From an uncultured Candidatus Saccharibacteria bacterium (GTDB lineage: Bacteria > Patescibacteriota > Saccharimonadia > Saccharimonadales > UBA7683), in NCBI GenBank assembly GCA_964397855.1, contig CAYNKQ010000001.1, positions 38,046 to 102,045 of the forward strand: DNA of 64,000 bases, read 5' to 3'. A program made the translations under genes and the position numbers. A model generated the notes under the pieces. It ran no database searches. It was given only the letters and a program-made list of their open reading frames with translations, and was not told where the DNA came from. This document shows positions 37,259-48,275 of this stretch, one piece after another (the first letter of the stretch is position 1; each line of letters starts with the position of its first letter).

Positions 37259-38677
37259 ATGTTGTACGATCACATTGTTATTGGTGGTGGTGCTATAGGC
37301 CTGGCGATTGCCTATCGGTTAAAGCGCGTGCGCAGCAACCAGTCTGTTTTGGTTCTTAATTCTAACGAGGATGCTACGGCATCATTGGCCTCTGGTGCAA
37401 TGCTCGGTTGTTTTGGAGAGGTAACCAAGTATACTCTTTTAGACGAGGACGCAAAGCGTAAGTTTGAATTGATGTATGCAGCGCACAGGCAGTGGGAAGC
37501 CTGGCGTAAGGAAATAGAAGAGTCGGCAGGTAGAAGTATCGAGCATATACCAGGAAGCTATATCATCTTGAATGCACACGGTGGCTCCCTGGATGATGAA
37601 AATTACAATGCCATGATTGCGGCACTTGATAAATACAGAGAACCCTATGAACTCAAAGATCCAAAAGATATTCCGGGCCTCAATCCAAATAGTCTAGCGA
37701 GACCGCTACGCGCAATATACCTCCCCAATGAGGGTTCACTCTCCAGTAATCAATACATAGAGGTTCTGACACTTGCCTGCGCGAATGTGGGTGTGGAGTT
37801 CTCGTCCATAAGCTCACTGGAATCGATCAACCGAAGAGAGGACGGTCAGTATCAGACAACCTTTGATACTGACAATATGGTTCTGGCATCAAATGTGATT
37901 ATTGCCACAGGTGCATATACCAACGAGGTAATCAAAAAGGTTACCCCTACCGTTAAGATGATGTCTGTTTTTTCGGGTAATGGAGTTGCCGCTGTAACTA
38001 AGCGTCAAATCGGCAAAGGCTTTAAGGCGACGGTACGAACTGCAAATCGCGCAGGATCTTGCGGGCTTCATGTTGTACCCATGGGAGACGGCTATGAGTA
38101 TATCGGTGCAACCAATGTGCTATATTCTCAGCCAGAGAGTCGTTTGACAATCGGGTTGTCGCACTTTTTGTCGCAATGTGCGATTGAACAGCTTGATTTA
38201 AACATTTACCATTCTTTTGTCGAAGCTTGGAGAGTCGGGAATCGACCCGTTTCTCTCGATACCATGCCACTTATCGGTAGGCTTGATCAGGGATTATATG
38301 TCGCGACGGGTACCTACAGGGATGGGCTACATTGCTCACCAACAATAGCTACGGAACTTGTGAACTTGATCAATGGAGTGGATGCCGATCTTATTACGAC
38401 TTTTGACCCTAAACGCTCGTTTGTCCAACTCATGTCAAAAAAAGAATCAATCGATGAATTTGCCATGCAGGCTGTGTCGGGTGCGTATGAAAACTGGCAC
38501 CGACCAACCTACTACATGGAAGATGATCTGGTCTATCAGGACGCGCGAAGGAAAGCTGTTGAAATTTACGATCGACTTGATACAGAAGTCGGTCTCCATC
38601 CGGATATCTTGATGCTTTTGGGGTCAAGTGAGAACACCATTAAGGATGTAGGTGCGTATTTGAGGAGCGTCCTATGA
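37259..38677 (+). CDS. FAD-dependent oxidoreductase (DAO/glycine-oxidase superfamily)
   Basis: 472 aa. N-terminal dinucleotide-binding motif IVIGGGAIGLAIAYRL. First gene of the plus-strand biosynthetic operon. Confidence 0.7.
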   Translation: MLYDHIVIGGGAIGLAIAYRLKRVRSNQSVLVLNSNEDATASLASGAMLGCFGEVTKYTLLDEDAKRKFELMYAAHRQWEAWRKEIEESAGRSIEHIPGSYIILNAHGGSLDDENYNAMIAALDKYREPYELKDPKDIPGLNPNSLARPLRAIYLPNEGSLSSNQYIEVLTLACANVGVEFSSISSLESINRREDGQYQTTFDTDNMVLASNVIIATGAYTNEVIKKVTPTVKMMSVFSGNGVAAVTKRQIGKGFKATVRTANRAGSCGLHVVPMGDGYEYIGATNVLYSQPESRLTIGLSHFLSQCAIEQLDLNIYHSFVEAWRVGNRPVSLDTMPLIGRLDQGLYVATGTYRDGLHCSPTIATELVNLINGVDADLITTFDPKRSFVQLMSKKESIDEFAMQAVSGAYENWHRPTYYMEDDLVYQDARRKAVEIYDRLDTEVGLHPDILMLLGSSENTIKDVGAYLRSVL

Positions 38678-39450
38678 GTTCAGAGAGAGATCTTATAAAT
38701 TCGGGCGGTAAGGTAAGTCGTTGGCCCAAGAAGCCAACTGAGCGAAAAGAGGTACTCGCGTATCTTGCGAGTAAGTTCATCTCTGACAGACCGTATGATG
38801 AAAATGAGGTTAACCAAATTCTAAAGCAGTGGCATACGTACGGGGATTGGGCGTCTTTGCGACGAGAGCTAGTCGGCTTTGGGTATGCAGTGCGAGATAA
38901 AAACGGTACTGAATACTGGTTTAGTACCGCCAGAAAAAAAACCGTTGAGAATATTCGAGATTTCAACCAAGATGCCGATACGGATCAAGTTCTGGATTTG
39001 CTAAAAGAATTTCAAAATCATTTAGCCCAAGTTGACAAGGAGAATGAAATTAGGAGTTTTTCGGGTGATAAGGACGCACGTCTATACCTTCAAAAAATGA
39101 TTGATGATGTTGCCGAGATGAACGGTAGATTTCTCGTACTTGATATGAGCGGGGAATTAGTTGGGTTTATTCAAGGAATCATCGATCCAAGGAACGATCA
39201 AGATAATGTTATGTACCAAACGACGCACAATGCTCAGATCGAGGGCTGGATTGGATTAGTATACGTTAAAGAGAATATCCGAGGTGGTGGATATGGGAGA
39301 AAATTAATAGAGGCAATGAGGCAGTATTTTACTGAGAATGGCTGTACGACACTTCGTCTTATTGTTGCTCACGACAATGTGGATACGGTCAACTTCTACC
39401 ACAAGTTTGGTTTTATTGATCGAGACATAGAGATGGCATTACCTCTATAG
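38674..39450 (+). CDS. DUF2087-like N-terminal domain fused to a GNAT acetyltransferase domain
   Basis: 258 aa. The N-terminal RWPKKPTERKEVLAYLASKF...ENEVNQILKQWHTYGDWASLRRELVGFGY pattern matches DUF2087. The C-terminal ...IRGGGYGRKLIEAM... is GNAT motif A. Start overlaps the upstream stop (ATGA). Confidence 0.6.
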   Translation: MSSERDLINSGGKVSRWPKKPTERKEVLAYLASKFISDRPYDENEVNQILKQWHTYGDWASLRRELVGFGYAVRDKNGTEYWFSTARKKTVENIRDFNQDADTDQVLDLLKEFQNHLAQVDKENEIRSFSGDKDARLYLQKMIDDVAEMNGRFLVLDMSGELVGFIQGIIDPRNDQDNVMYQTTHNAQIEGWIGLVYVKENIRGGGYGRKLIEAMRQYFTENGCTTLRLIVAHDNVDTVNFYHKFGFIDRDIEMALPL

Positions 39451-39453
39451 CGA

Positions 39454-42400
39454 TTGTTTATGAAAGTTGCTAAGAAACATCTTTATGATTTCATCCATGA
39501 GCATGCGAAATATCGTCCCGACACGCCTGCGCTACGAGACGATACGCATAGATATAGCTATGATGATCTAGATCGGATTTCAAATTATTTTGCAAATCAG
39601 CTCGTTGAGCTAGACGTTTCAGGTAAGCACGTCGGGTTGGTGTATGATCAATCTGCTCACAGTATTATTTTGTTACTGAGCATTATGAAGGCGGGGGCGG
39701 TCTATGTGCCAGTTGATGCAAATCTTCCTGTTGATCGACTAAACTCCTTGTTGAGTAAGGCCGATATCGCGCTACTTATTAAACCGATCGGATCGTCCTA
39801 TAAAAATAACGAAATACCGACAGTAGAACTCTCGCCTGTCAGTGGTTCGGAGCTCAAAGACTTTCCTCAGCTTCTGGATCCAATAGGGGGTGAAGTGGCG
39901 TATGCGATCTTCACCTCTGGTTCAACTGGTTTACCAAAATTAGCACGCCTTAGTCACAGTTCCGTTATCGGAGTAATGGAGTCACTAGTGGATAGATATT
40001 ATATAGAGGGTAGTGATCGGGTTCTCCAGTTTGCTAATTTGGCATTTGATGGGTCGATTTCAGAGATCTTCGGTGCTTTTGTTGCGGGGGCAGAATTACT
40101 GGTGCCAAGCTTATCTACAAGACAGGGTGTTACGCGGCTATCCGACTACATGAGAGATATGGTGGTGGACGTTGCGGTATTGCCGCCCTCACTGCTTACG
40201 CATCTTACTATTGATTACAGCCCAAAGACAGTTGTAGTAGCGGGAGAGCCGTGCCCTGCTGCTCTCGCAAAATTTATGGTTTCAAAGGTCGAACATTTCA
40301 TCAACGCATATGGCCCAACAGAGTGCTCTATTTGCGTATCCACATATGAGGTTCCTCGTAATTTTAATGACACGGTTGTACCAATCGGCCTACCGCTACC
40401 TAATGTAAAAACTTTAGTAGTGGGCGAGCACGGTGAACTGACAAAGCCCGGTCAGGCGGGAGAGCTGCTGGTTGGTGGGCCAAGCCTATTTGAAGGGTAC
40501 TATGATAACCCAGATAAGACTAAAAAATCTGTGAGGTTACACGGGGGTAAGAAGTATTATAGAACGGGTGATAATGTGTCAGAGCAAGATGGATTTTTTG
40601 TCTATCATTCGAGGGTCGGTGATTATATAAAAATACACGGACTACGCATTTCTTTATTGGAAATCGAAGATCTAATTCACGAATTTAGTCCAAAAATTCG
40701 TAGCGTCGCGGTTATTGTGGCGTCAGTTCATCAAGATGATGAACTCGTTGCGTTTTATGCGAGCAACGAAGAATTACCGGTTAGTGATGTTGTCACTCGT
40801 CTTCGTAGTAAATTACCAGAGTACGCGATACCGAGACAGTTTATTCGGATGGATCGTCTGCCGCTAAGCAGCAACGGTAAGATCGATCGACGACTCCTGG
40901 CCTCCAGGGCTAAGAGCGGCGCTACACTGCAAAAGCCTCAAACAGGCAATACCCTAAAAGCGATTTGGCAGAATGCTCTCGGCAAAAGCAGTATTAATGA
41001 TGACACGAACTTTCTCCTTGAAGGAGGTGATTCTCTTAGGGCGATGCGAGTTCTCTCTGAAGTTGATCGTGCATACGCCACCAGTCTGACTTTATCTAAT
41101 CTATTTGATCACCCAACCTTTGGTGAATTCTCTCGATTTATTAAGATGACTTCCCCGAGCAACCGTGATGATTTGAGCATTAATACAGACAAACTTTCTG
41201 AATACGAGAAGATGCTATGGAGTGCCTCATCGTATTCAGGTAACGCCGCCGCCTACACGCTAACAGAGCTTTTGAAGCCTGATTTTAAAGTAGACATCAA
41301 ACTGCTTCAAAAAGCAGCCGACAGGATGTCGAATCATTTCCCCGCGTCTTTTTATCGATACAAACTTGATAATGGTGAGCTCGTAAGATCCTCTTCATTA
41401 AGAGGAATAGGCTGTGTTATTCGCGGTAGTGTAACTCAAGATGTGCTTGATGAAGAGATTGCCACACTAAGTCATTTGCCAATAGACACTGCTACTGATT
41501 CGCTGATAAGTCTACATGTATTTACGCTTGATAATCAAACGGTTATTGCTATCCATGCTCACCATATCGTACTGAGTGCGAGCATCATTACGTCTTTTAT
41601 CGACACATTGTGGTCATTGTATCTAGATATTGACCACGAACCTCAGGTGATTGAATCTCCCATTCCGTTATATGATGACAAAGATAAGGAATTCTGGAGA
41701 GGAGCATACGATACTTCTACAGAGTACGTAGAGCTGCCGTGGGTAGGCGCTAGAAGCCCCACTCCGCGTAATAATGGACGAACATTACAGTATACACTTA
41801 ATACTCCTATTGAAGCGGCCTTACGCCACCTTGGCGTCACAAAGTACACTTTCTTTAGAAGTATATTTTCATTGATTCTACATCAGCTATCTGATCAGCC
41901 ATCGTTTTATGTTGGGAGCTCAGTGGACGTACGGAATGCTGATGGACTTGGTGGTAGGCCCGCACTATTGAATACACTTCCTGTGCCGTCGGTATTAGAT
42001 GACACTAGTCTTTCTTTTGGAGAGTTTGCACGTGGCAGCCAACAAAAGATACAGGAAATTCTAGATCATCGCTTCTTACCACTTAGTGAAATAGTAAAGC
42101 TTAACAAATTCGAACATGATAGGTTGATTGGGCCATTTAATATACTATTCGACTATATAGAAAAGCCAGACTCATACACCGTTCCGGGGCTTGGTCGAGT
42201 AAGTAGCGAGCAGGTCTTTAACGACACTTCTAAGTACGATTTAACCTTGACCGTATTAGAGTCATCCTCGGTTACTCTGCAATGGGAGTACGATGTAGAT
42301 ATTATAAACGCGAGCGACATTGAACGCCTGGCTGCGATGTTCATACATGTATGTCGATACATATCTGCCCATCCCGATGCCCTAGTGAATGAAATTGCGC

Positions 42401-45400
42401 TGCTGGGTGAGGCTGATCTCAAGGCTGCCTTAGCGATTGGAAAGGGTGAAATAAAGCTATACGACCAAGCCTCATTTTATGAGCGTTTTGTGAAAACAGT
42501 GCATTCTTATCCAGATCGAGTGGCTGTTAAGCATGGGGAAACTGTGACAACGTATAGAGATCTCGGTTATCTTGTTGAACACTATGCTCGCGTACTTGCG
42601 GATCATCATTTGGCGCCAGAGGCCGCTGTTGGTGTGTTGATGGAGCGATCTGTTGAGATGGTAGCTGTTATCGTCGCGCTGTGGCGAATGGGCCACGCCT
42701 ATGTTCCTATTGAGCCTGTTTTTCCAGAGCATCGAATCCGGTCAATTATAGAGACGACTCACATGTCATTGATTATTACCACATCGACACTTCTATCTCG
42801 GATGCCTCGCGAGAGCACGGCGGTCATTGTCGATGAAAATTATGAACCAAGTGCTACGAATATTTCAGGCACTAAGGTGACGACCGATACGCTGGCGTAT
42901 GTAATTTTTACTTCCGGGTCCACCGGCAAGCCAAAGGGTGTAATGATTGAGCACGGAGGTATGATGAACCATGCCGACGGAATGGTTGATAGGCTAAACC
43001 TTAATTTCAACTCAGTCATCGCTCAGACAGCCTCGCACTCGTTTGATATATCAGTTTGGCAGCTAACAACAATACTGCTCACGGGTGGATCTCTTGTTAT
43101 CTATTCAAAGGATGATCAAGCCAATATCGACACCTTTACATCGCAAGTATCAATCGATGGAATTACGCTTCTGGAGCTCGTCCCTTCTTATATTAGTGTT
43201 TTACTAGAATATATTGAAGGGAGAAAAATTCATGCTCGATTTGAGAGTATAGCTGCGCTGATATCAACTGGTGAGAATATATCTTGGCCAGTCGTCAGGA
43301 GTTGGACAGAAAACTTTCGGGATATTCCACTTATTAATGCATACGGTCCGGCAGAGGCATCCGATGACACAAATCTGTATATTTTTGACACTGTGTCCAC
43401 GATGAGTCACCGTGGCTTGCCAGTTGGTAAGTCTCTGCCGAACGTAGATGTATATGTCTTTAACAAATCATTGCAACCGCAACCGGCTGGAGTGCCGGGG
43501 GAAATCTATATCTCCGGTTCAGCTGTCGGTCGCGGCTACGTTAATGATGAAGCTCGGACGAAGGAAGTCTTTTCTATAAATCCATACGATAATACCCGGC
43601 TTTACAAAACTGGAGACATGGGGTATTGGTCGAATGACGGACAGCTTATGTATTTGGGGCGATCAGACTTCCAGGTTAAGATCCGTGGTTTTCGTATTGA
43701 GCTTGAAGAGATTGAAGCGCATATTATGGGCTATCCAGATGTACTATCGGTTGCCGTCGTCGTCTTTGAACATAACGGTTCTAAACAGCTTCATGCATAT
43801 TTAACATCCGAAAAAGAGATTGACACAGAGATGCTTCTGGCACACTTGCGAAGTCGCCTACCAGATTATATGGTTCCAGTGAGGGCGACCCAACTATCCG
43901 AGCTTCCACTGAACAATAGCGGTAAGGTTGACAGGAACCTCCTTACTAACAAGGAGAGGCTACGATTTAGGCAAGACGAAAGTGTGCCCATACAGCTGAC
44001 GAAGGAAGAAGCAGACGTCATTAGCGTGTGGAGTGAGGTGTTTGGACTCGATCACATATCAATTGACGATGATTATTACATGCTGGGCGGCGACTCAATC
44101 GCTTCTTTTAGAGTTTATGCAAAGCTTGCGGCTAAGGGATACAAGTTTCCACTTCAAGCTATTCTTGCACATCCGGTAGCACGTGATCTCGCAGCAGAGC
44201 TGCTCGTTACAAGAAAAACGAGTAATACCATGGCGAGTATTAAGGCAGAGACTGCTCTGCCGCTAACGCCGATTCAATCACGTCTCTTGTCGAACGGTCA
44301 CAAGTTGATTGCACAGAATGTATGGATCGATGGGTATTGGGACACGCAACGGCTCGGTTTGGCCATCCAGGTAGCTATTAAGAGGCATGGCGCATTCAGG
44401 CTTTCATTTACAAAAAGCACACAGAAATTTGAAAACGATATTCTTACTAGAAGAAACTTCACGTTTGTAGAGCCAGAAGTAGATAAGGCTACTGCGTTTG
44501 ATCGACTGGGCGACGACCTTGCGAATGGTGAGTTGTTATCGTACGGTGCGGTAGGGGACGACCACGCTATTACTAGGCTTTATATATCAGCAAACCACTT
44601 GGTGATTGATGTAGTCTCTTGGTCGATTCTGCTGGCGGATATCTATGAAGCGTATGATCATCCGAACGATAAGGCAGTGGCTATAGATTATAACTTAGGT
44701 CGGTGGGCATTATATCAACAGACAATAAAAGAGCCTCAAGAGCATCTGTTGTTGTGGCGAGATACTCTTTCGTCGGGTAAAGATGCTGTCAGAATTCTAC
44801 AAAATAAATTTGATGACTCGTTACCAAATGTGCAAGCTGTAAACAGCTCAGTTACTGTGGGTGATACTTTTATTGATGAAGCCCGTGTTTATGAATCTGT
44901 TATTGTTGGGCTAGAAAAAATACTTGGGGTAAAAGGTGTCAGTATTTTGGTTGAGTCACACGGTCGTTATGCTGAATCTTCAGGCGTGGATATCTCCCGT
45001 ACTGTTGGTTGGTTTACGGTTCTGTATCCAGTAGCGGGTAGTTATAAAGACATAGCGTCCGTCCTGAACGCAGATGATGACACTAGGCTGTCCTATGGTA
45101 GATTGATACAATCTGGGTCACTTCAGAAGCTGAGCGAACCACAAGTGATTGTAAATTATCTCGGCGACTTGGGATCAACCGGCTACCATTTACAGCGGAA
45201 CCGTCACGAGTTGCCACTTGATCGTGAACTAATGGAGATATCTATTTACAGACGACAGGCCGAGCTAATAATTGAGATGATGTTCTATGCGACGCCGATT
45301 GATAACCTGTTTATCGAGAGGTTGCAGAGTGCAATCGGCGATCAGCTAAGACGGGCCAATAACGTAGTGGACGACGACCGCCTAAGCACTATCTTGCGTA

Positions 45401-45420
45401 GATTGGAAGGTAACTCATGA
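39454..45420 (+). CDS. Non-ribosomal peptide synthetase, two modules: A1-T1-C-A2-T2-C(terminal)
   Basis: 1988 aa. A-domain cores occur twice (FTSGSTGLPK / FTSGSTGKPKG; FDGS / FDIS; NAYGPTE / NAYGPAE; YRTGD / YKTGD; GRxDxQVKIRG-like; NGKIDR / SGKVDR). T domains EGGDSLRAM and LGGDSIASF. The internal C has a variant HHIVLSA motif. The C-terminal ~370 aa form a C-like domain (NHLVIDVVSW). Confidence 0.9.
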   Translation: MFMKVAKKHLYDFIHEHAKYRPDTPALRDDTHRYSYDDLDRISNYFANQLVELDVSGKHVGLVYDQSAHSIILLLSIMKAGAVYVPVDANLPVDRLNSLLSKADIALLIKPIGSSYKNNEIPTVELSPVSGSELKDFPQLLDPIGGEVAYAIFTSGSTGLPKLARLSHSSVIGVMESLVDRYYIEGSDRVLQFANLAFDGSISEIFGAFVAGAELLVPSLSTRQGVTRLSDYMRDMVVDVAVLPPSLLTHLTIDYSPKTVVVAGEPCPAALAKFMVSKVEHFINAYGPTECSICVSTYEVPRNFNDTVVPIGLPLPNVKTLVVGEHGELTKPGQAGELLVGGPSLFEGYYDNPDKTKKSVRLHGGKKYYRTGDNVSEQDGFFVYHSRVGDYIKIHGLRISLLEIEDLIHEFSPKIRSVAVIVASVHQDDELVAFYASNEELPVSDVVTRLRSKLPEYAIPRQFIRMDRLPLSSNGKIDRRLLASRAKSGATLQKPQTGNTLKAIWQNALGKSSINDDTNFLLEGGDSLRAMRVLSEVDRAYATSLTLSNLFDHPTFGEFSRFIKMTSPSNRDDLSINTDKLSEYEKMLWSASSYSGNAAAYTLTELLKPDFKVDIKLLQKAADRMSNHFPASFYRYKLDNGELVRSSSLRGIGCVIRGSVTQDVLDEEIATLSHLPIDTATDSLISLHVFTLDNQTVIAIHAHHIVLSASIITSFIDTLWSLYLDIDHEPQVIESPIPLYDDKDKEFWRGAYDTSTEYVELPWVGARSPTPRNNGRTLQYTLNTPIEAALRHLGVTKYTFFRSIFSLILHQLSDQPSFYVGSSVDVRNADGLGGRPALLNTLPVPSVLDDTSLSFGEFARGSQQKIQEILDHRFLPLSEIVKLNKFEHDRLIGPFNILFDYIEKPDSYTVPGLGRVSSEQVFNDTSKYDLTLTVLESSSVTLQWEYDVDIINASDIERLAAMFIHVCRYISAHPDALVNEIALLGEADLKAALAIGKGEIKLYDQASFYERFVKTVHSYPDRVAVKHGETVTTYRDLGYLVEHYARVLADHHLAPEAAVGVLMERSVEMVAVIVALWRMGHAYVPIEPVFPEHRIRSIIETTHMSLIITTSTLLSRMPRESTAVIVDENYEPSATNISGTKVTTDTLAYVIFTSGSTGKPKGVMIEHGGMMNHADGMVDRLNLNFNSVIAQTASHSFDISVWQLTTILLTGGSLVIYSKDDQANIDTFTSQVSIDGITLLELVPSYISVLLEYIEGRKIHARFESIAALISTGENISWPVVRSWTENFRDIPLINAYGPAEASDDTNLYIFDTVSTMSHRGLPVGKSLPNVDVYVFNKSLQPQPAGVPGEIYISGSAVGRGYVNDEARTKEVFSINPYDNTRLYKTGDMGYWSNDGQLMYLGRSDFQVKIRGFRIELEEIEAHIMGYPDVLSVAVVVFEHNGSKQLHAYLTSEKEIDTEMLLAHLRSRLPDYMVPVRATQLSELPLNNSGKVDRNLLTNKERLRFRQDESVPIQLTKEEADVISVWSEVFGLDHISIDDDYYMLGGDSIASFRVYAKLAAKGYKFPLQAILAHPVARDLAAELLVTRKTSNTMASIKAETALPLTPIQSRLLSNGHKLIAQNVWIDGYWDTQRLGLAIQVAIKRHGAFRLSFTKSTQKFENDILTRRNFTFVEPEVDKATAFDRLGDDLANGELLSYGAVGDDHAITRLYISANHLVIDVVSWSILLADIYEAYDHPNDKAVAIDYNLGRWALYQQTIKEPQEHLLLWRDTLSSGKDAVRILQNKFDDSLPNVQAVNSSVTVGDTFIDEARVYESVIVGLEKILGVKGVSILVESHGRYAESSGVDISRTVGWFTVLYPVAGSYKDIASVLNADDDTRLSYGRLIQSGSLQKLSEPQVIVNYLGDLGSTGYHLQRNRHELPLDRELMEISIYRRQAELIIEMMFYATPIDNLFIERLQSAIGDQLRRANNVVDDDRLSTILRRLEGNS

Positions 45421-48275
45421 CGAGTCTGATTGTTGATATTTTGCCTACGACTCCCATGCAAGAGGGTATGTTGCTTCTTGAGCGTTCGTCAGCCAAAAAG
45501 TCGCTATATAAAGAGCAGTATGTAGCTAGATTGACCGGTAACTTAGACATCAGACTTTTTCTATCTGCATGGCAAAAGACAGTCGACACACACACGATAC
45601 TGCGAACAATTTTTGACTGGGATGGGCAAAACGACCCTGTGCAGATTGTACTGAGACAACACAAGGCAGACGTCAAAGTGGTTGATTCTCTTCAGGGTAG
45701 TCAAACAAAGGATGATGTAATCGCGGCTGAGGCGATTAAGGAGTTTAAAATTGATGTTACGCCGCCTCATCAGCTGTTGTTGGTCAGGATGAGTCCAAAC
45801 GACTACATCATGGTGTTTACTTACCACCATTTACTTCTTGACGGTTCTTCTGTGGCGAGCATCTTTAACTATTTTGCAGAACAGTATAACTCTCCTGATA
45901 CACTCCGGCCCGAGTTAAATAATTACGGCGAATATACTCGATGGGTGCTTGCTGTACCAAAACAGGACGCTATTAGTGCTTGGCGTACATACGCTGATCT
46001 TTCTCAGTTAGATCCAGAAAAAGGTGCAGTAGAGGATACTAACGATATAACTCAAGAATACTCCAGGGTGTTGACGGGGGATACAGTTGGTATGCTTTCT
46101 TCGCTCGTCCGAAAATATCATGTGACAATGAGCAGCGTGCTCCAGATTATGTGGGCGCAGACAGTCGCTCAAATGAACTCGAGACAGCTCGTGAGTGTCG
46201 GTTCGCCGGTAACCGTTAGGCCACTGGACGGAAGCCTCGACTCAATAGTTGGTTTATGCATTAATACACTACCCTATGTCGTGATGTTTGATGGGAAATC
46301 AGGATTTATTAATTTAGTTAAGCAGCATCAGCAGTCGTGGGGAGGGCTGATTGGGTTTGGGGGTTTGTCACTAAGTGACATTAAGAAGGCGCTTAAGTAT
46401 CGGCATTTTGGTGATACATTCGGGACACTATTTACCTATACAGATGAGCGAGACAGGGCCATGCCCAATCTGGTCGATGTAGAATGGCAGTTAGTATCTC
46501 ACGATGAAATTACGCAGTACCCGTTGTCGGTCGACTGCGTCCTTCGTGACGAAGCTCTTGAAATTAAGGTGACTTATCGTAGCGGGACGTATGACGAAAG
46601 TCTCGTGGCTAAAGTCGTCTCTAATTTCATTGGTATTATTAAAAGCGTTGTCGTCGATCCGAATCTGATTCCTCAAGTATCTGAAGAGTATGAGTCAGTG
46701 ACTCAACCCCCTGATGTGAGTTATGGCCCAACGGAGTTAGCAGGCGAGATTGCGGACGTATGGTCAATTGTATTTAGTGCGCCAGTATCTATTAACTCTA
46801 ACTTCTTTGATTTAGGAGGTGACTCAATCAGCTCACTTCGCATTGTAAGTAAGCTGTCCGAGCGGGGCATCGTTGTATCAATGCGCGATATCTTTGACGC
46901 CCCATCTCCATTGCTACTAGCATCTCGCGCCAATCGTCACACTGAGCCGCCGGGCAAAGTACACCGTACTATTGTACGATCAGAGGTGCATGATGAGGCA
47001 TTGCATCGTTTTGGCGATAATTTAGATACAATAGTTAAGGCTTCGAGTGTTCAGAGTGGAATATTAAACCGTTCCGCGAGCCGGGCCCAGCTCTACCATG
47101 ACCAGTCAACCTTTACGTACGAAGGGGTACTTAAAGTTGAATTATTTGAGCGGGCTTGGAATGAAGTTGTTAGGAATAACGACTCGCTATTGATGAGGTA
47201 CTTCCAACATGAAGGGATCTGGTACTGTACTAAGCTTAAGAGTGATAGTTTAGTAGTCAGATTCCGTGATATTGCCGAAGAGCCGAACCATAATGATCTA
47301 ATTCGGCGCGATATTGATGCCGATCTTCAGACGCCATTTAGTGTCGAAGATAAGCCATTGATTCGCTTAACTGTCTACCGGCAGGCTCGTGATATCCATA
47401 CGCTTTTTCTTAGCTTTAACATCCTGGTTACTGACGGGTGGGGATTTGCTTTTTTGTTGGACGATGTATTTACCGCCTATGAGCAGCTCGTCAAAGGCGA
47501 AGAGGTTCGACTAGTTGAGCGATTGCCCAGCTATACGGATTATCTTGGTGCTATAACACCAAGAGATATACTTGTCGGCCGACAATATTGGCAAGAAAAG
47601 CTTCGGAAGTGCGTCTCCCCGGGAGTTGTTATTGATAACTTTTCAAACCTTTCCAGTATGAGGGAAGTGCTGGATGATATGCAAACTGCTCGCTTACAGC
47701 AGTTAGCGAATGCGCAGAAGCTTACGGTAAATTCGTTAGTTCAAGCTGCGTGGGCAAGGGTATTAAATGGCCAATCGGGGGGTCAACCTGTTTTGTTTGG
47801 ATCAACAATTTCAGCTCGGTTACTGCACGGGGTGCATTATGATAACACGGTCGGGATGTTCTTCAACGACATTCCGGTAGTTGTGAGATGTGAAGAATCA
47901 GATGAAATTGCTAGCCTAGCTCGAAATATCCAGCGCGATTTTCAAGAGAGTGTTCGTTACGGGTATGTGTCGTCATATGAAATGTCTAAGATGTTAGGTA
48001 GGTCGTCGGAGCAAGCGCCGTACGATAGTATTGTGGTATTCGAGAATTACCCCAAAGTTGAAGAGGAGAGTTTGCGCAACAACTCGAGGGGCGGACTGGT
48101 CAACAGTGCGTTCTGGCGGCGAGACATGGCCGATATACCAAAAACACTGTACGTTGAAGTGATAGGCAATGAGACCGCTATTAGGCTCTCGTATAATCAA
48201 GATTTAGTTTCACGGCAGGAGGCAGAGGCTATGCTAGGGAAGTTCTATCGGGAGCTACTTTCATGTATATCATAG
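45417..48275 (+). CDS. Stand-alone NRPS C-T-C protein (no adenylation domain); second C domain lacks the active-site histidines
   Basis: 952 aa. C1 has canonical YHHLLLDGSS. T domain LGGDSISSLRI. C2 has FNILVTDGWG in place of HHxxxDG. Start overlaps the NRPS stop (ATGA). Confidence 0.8.
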   Translation: MTSLIVDILPTTPMQEGMLLLERSSAKKSLYKEQYVARLTGNLDIRLFLSAWQKTVDTHTILRTIFDWDGQNDPVQIVLRQHKADVKVVDSLQGSQTKDDVIAAEAIKEFKIDVTPPHQLLLVRMSPNDYIMVFTYHHLLLDGSSVASIFNYFAEQYNSPDTLRPELNNYGEYTRWVLAVPKQDAISAWRTYADLSQLDPEKGAVEDTNDITQEYSRVLTGDTVGMLSSLVRKYHVTMSSVLQIMWAQTVAQMNSRQLVSVGSPVTVRPLDGSLDSIVGLCINTLPYVVMFDGKSGFINLVKQHQQSWGGLIGFGGLSLSDIKKALKYRHFGDTFGTLFTYTDERDRAMPNLVDVEWQLVSHDEITQYPLSVDCVLRDEALEIKVTYRSGTYDESLVAKVVSNFIGIIKSVVVDPNLIPQVSEEYESVTQPPDVSYGPTELAGEIADVWSIVFSAPVSINSNFFDLGGDSISSLRIVSKLSERGIVVSMRDIFDAPSPLLLASRANRHTEPPGKVHRTIVRSEVHDEALHRFGDNLDTIVKASSVQSGILNRSASRAQLYHDQSTFTYEGVLKVELFERAWNEVVRNNDSLLMRYFQHEGIWYCTKLKSDSLVVRFRDIAEEPNHNDLIRRDIDADLQTPFSVEDKPLIRLTVYRQARDIHTLFLSFNILVTDGWGFAFLLDDVFTAYEQLVKGEEVRLVERLPSYTDYLGAITPRDILVGRQYWQEKLRKCVSPGVVIDNFSNLSSMREVLDDMQTARLQQLANAQKLTVNSLVQAAWARVLNGQSGGQPVLFGSTISARLLHGVHYDNTVGMFFNDIPVVVRCEESDEIASLARNIQRDFQESVRYGYVSSYEMSKMLGRSSEQAPYDSIVVFENYPKVEEESLRNNSRGGLVNSAFWRRDMADIPKTLYVEVIGNETAIRLSYNQDLVSRQEAEAMLGKFYRELLSCIS

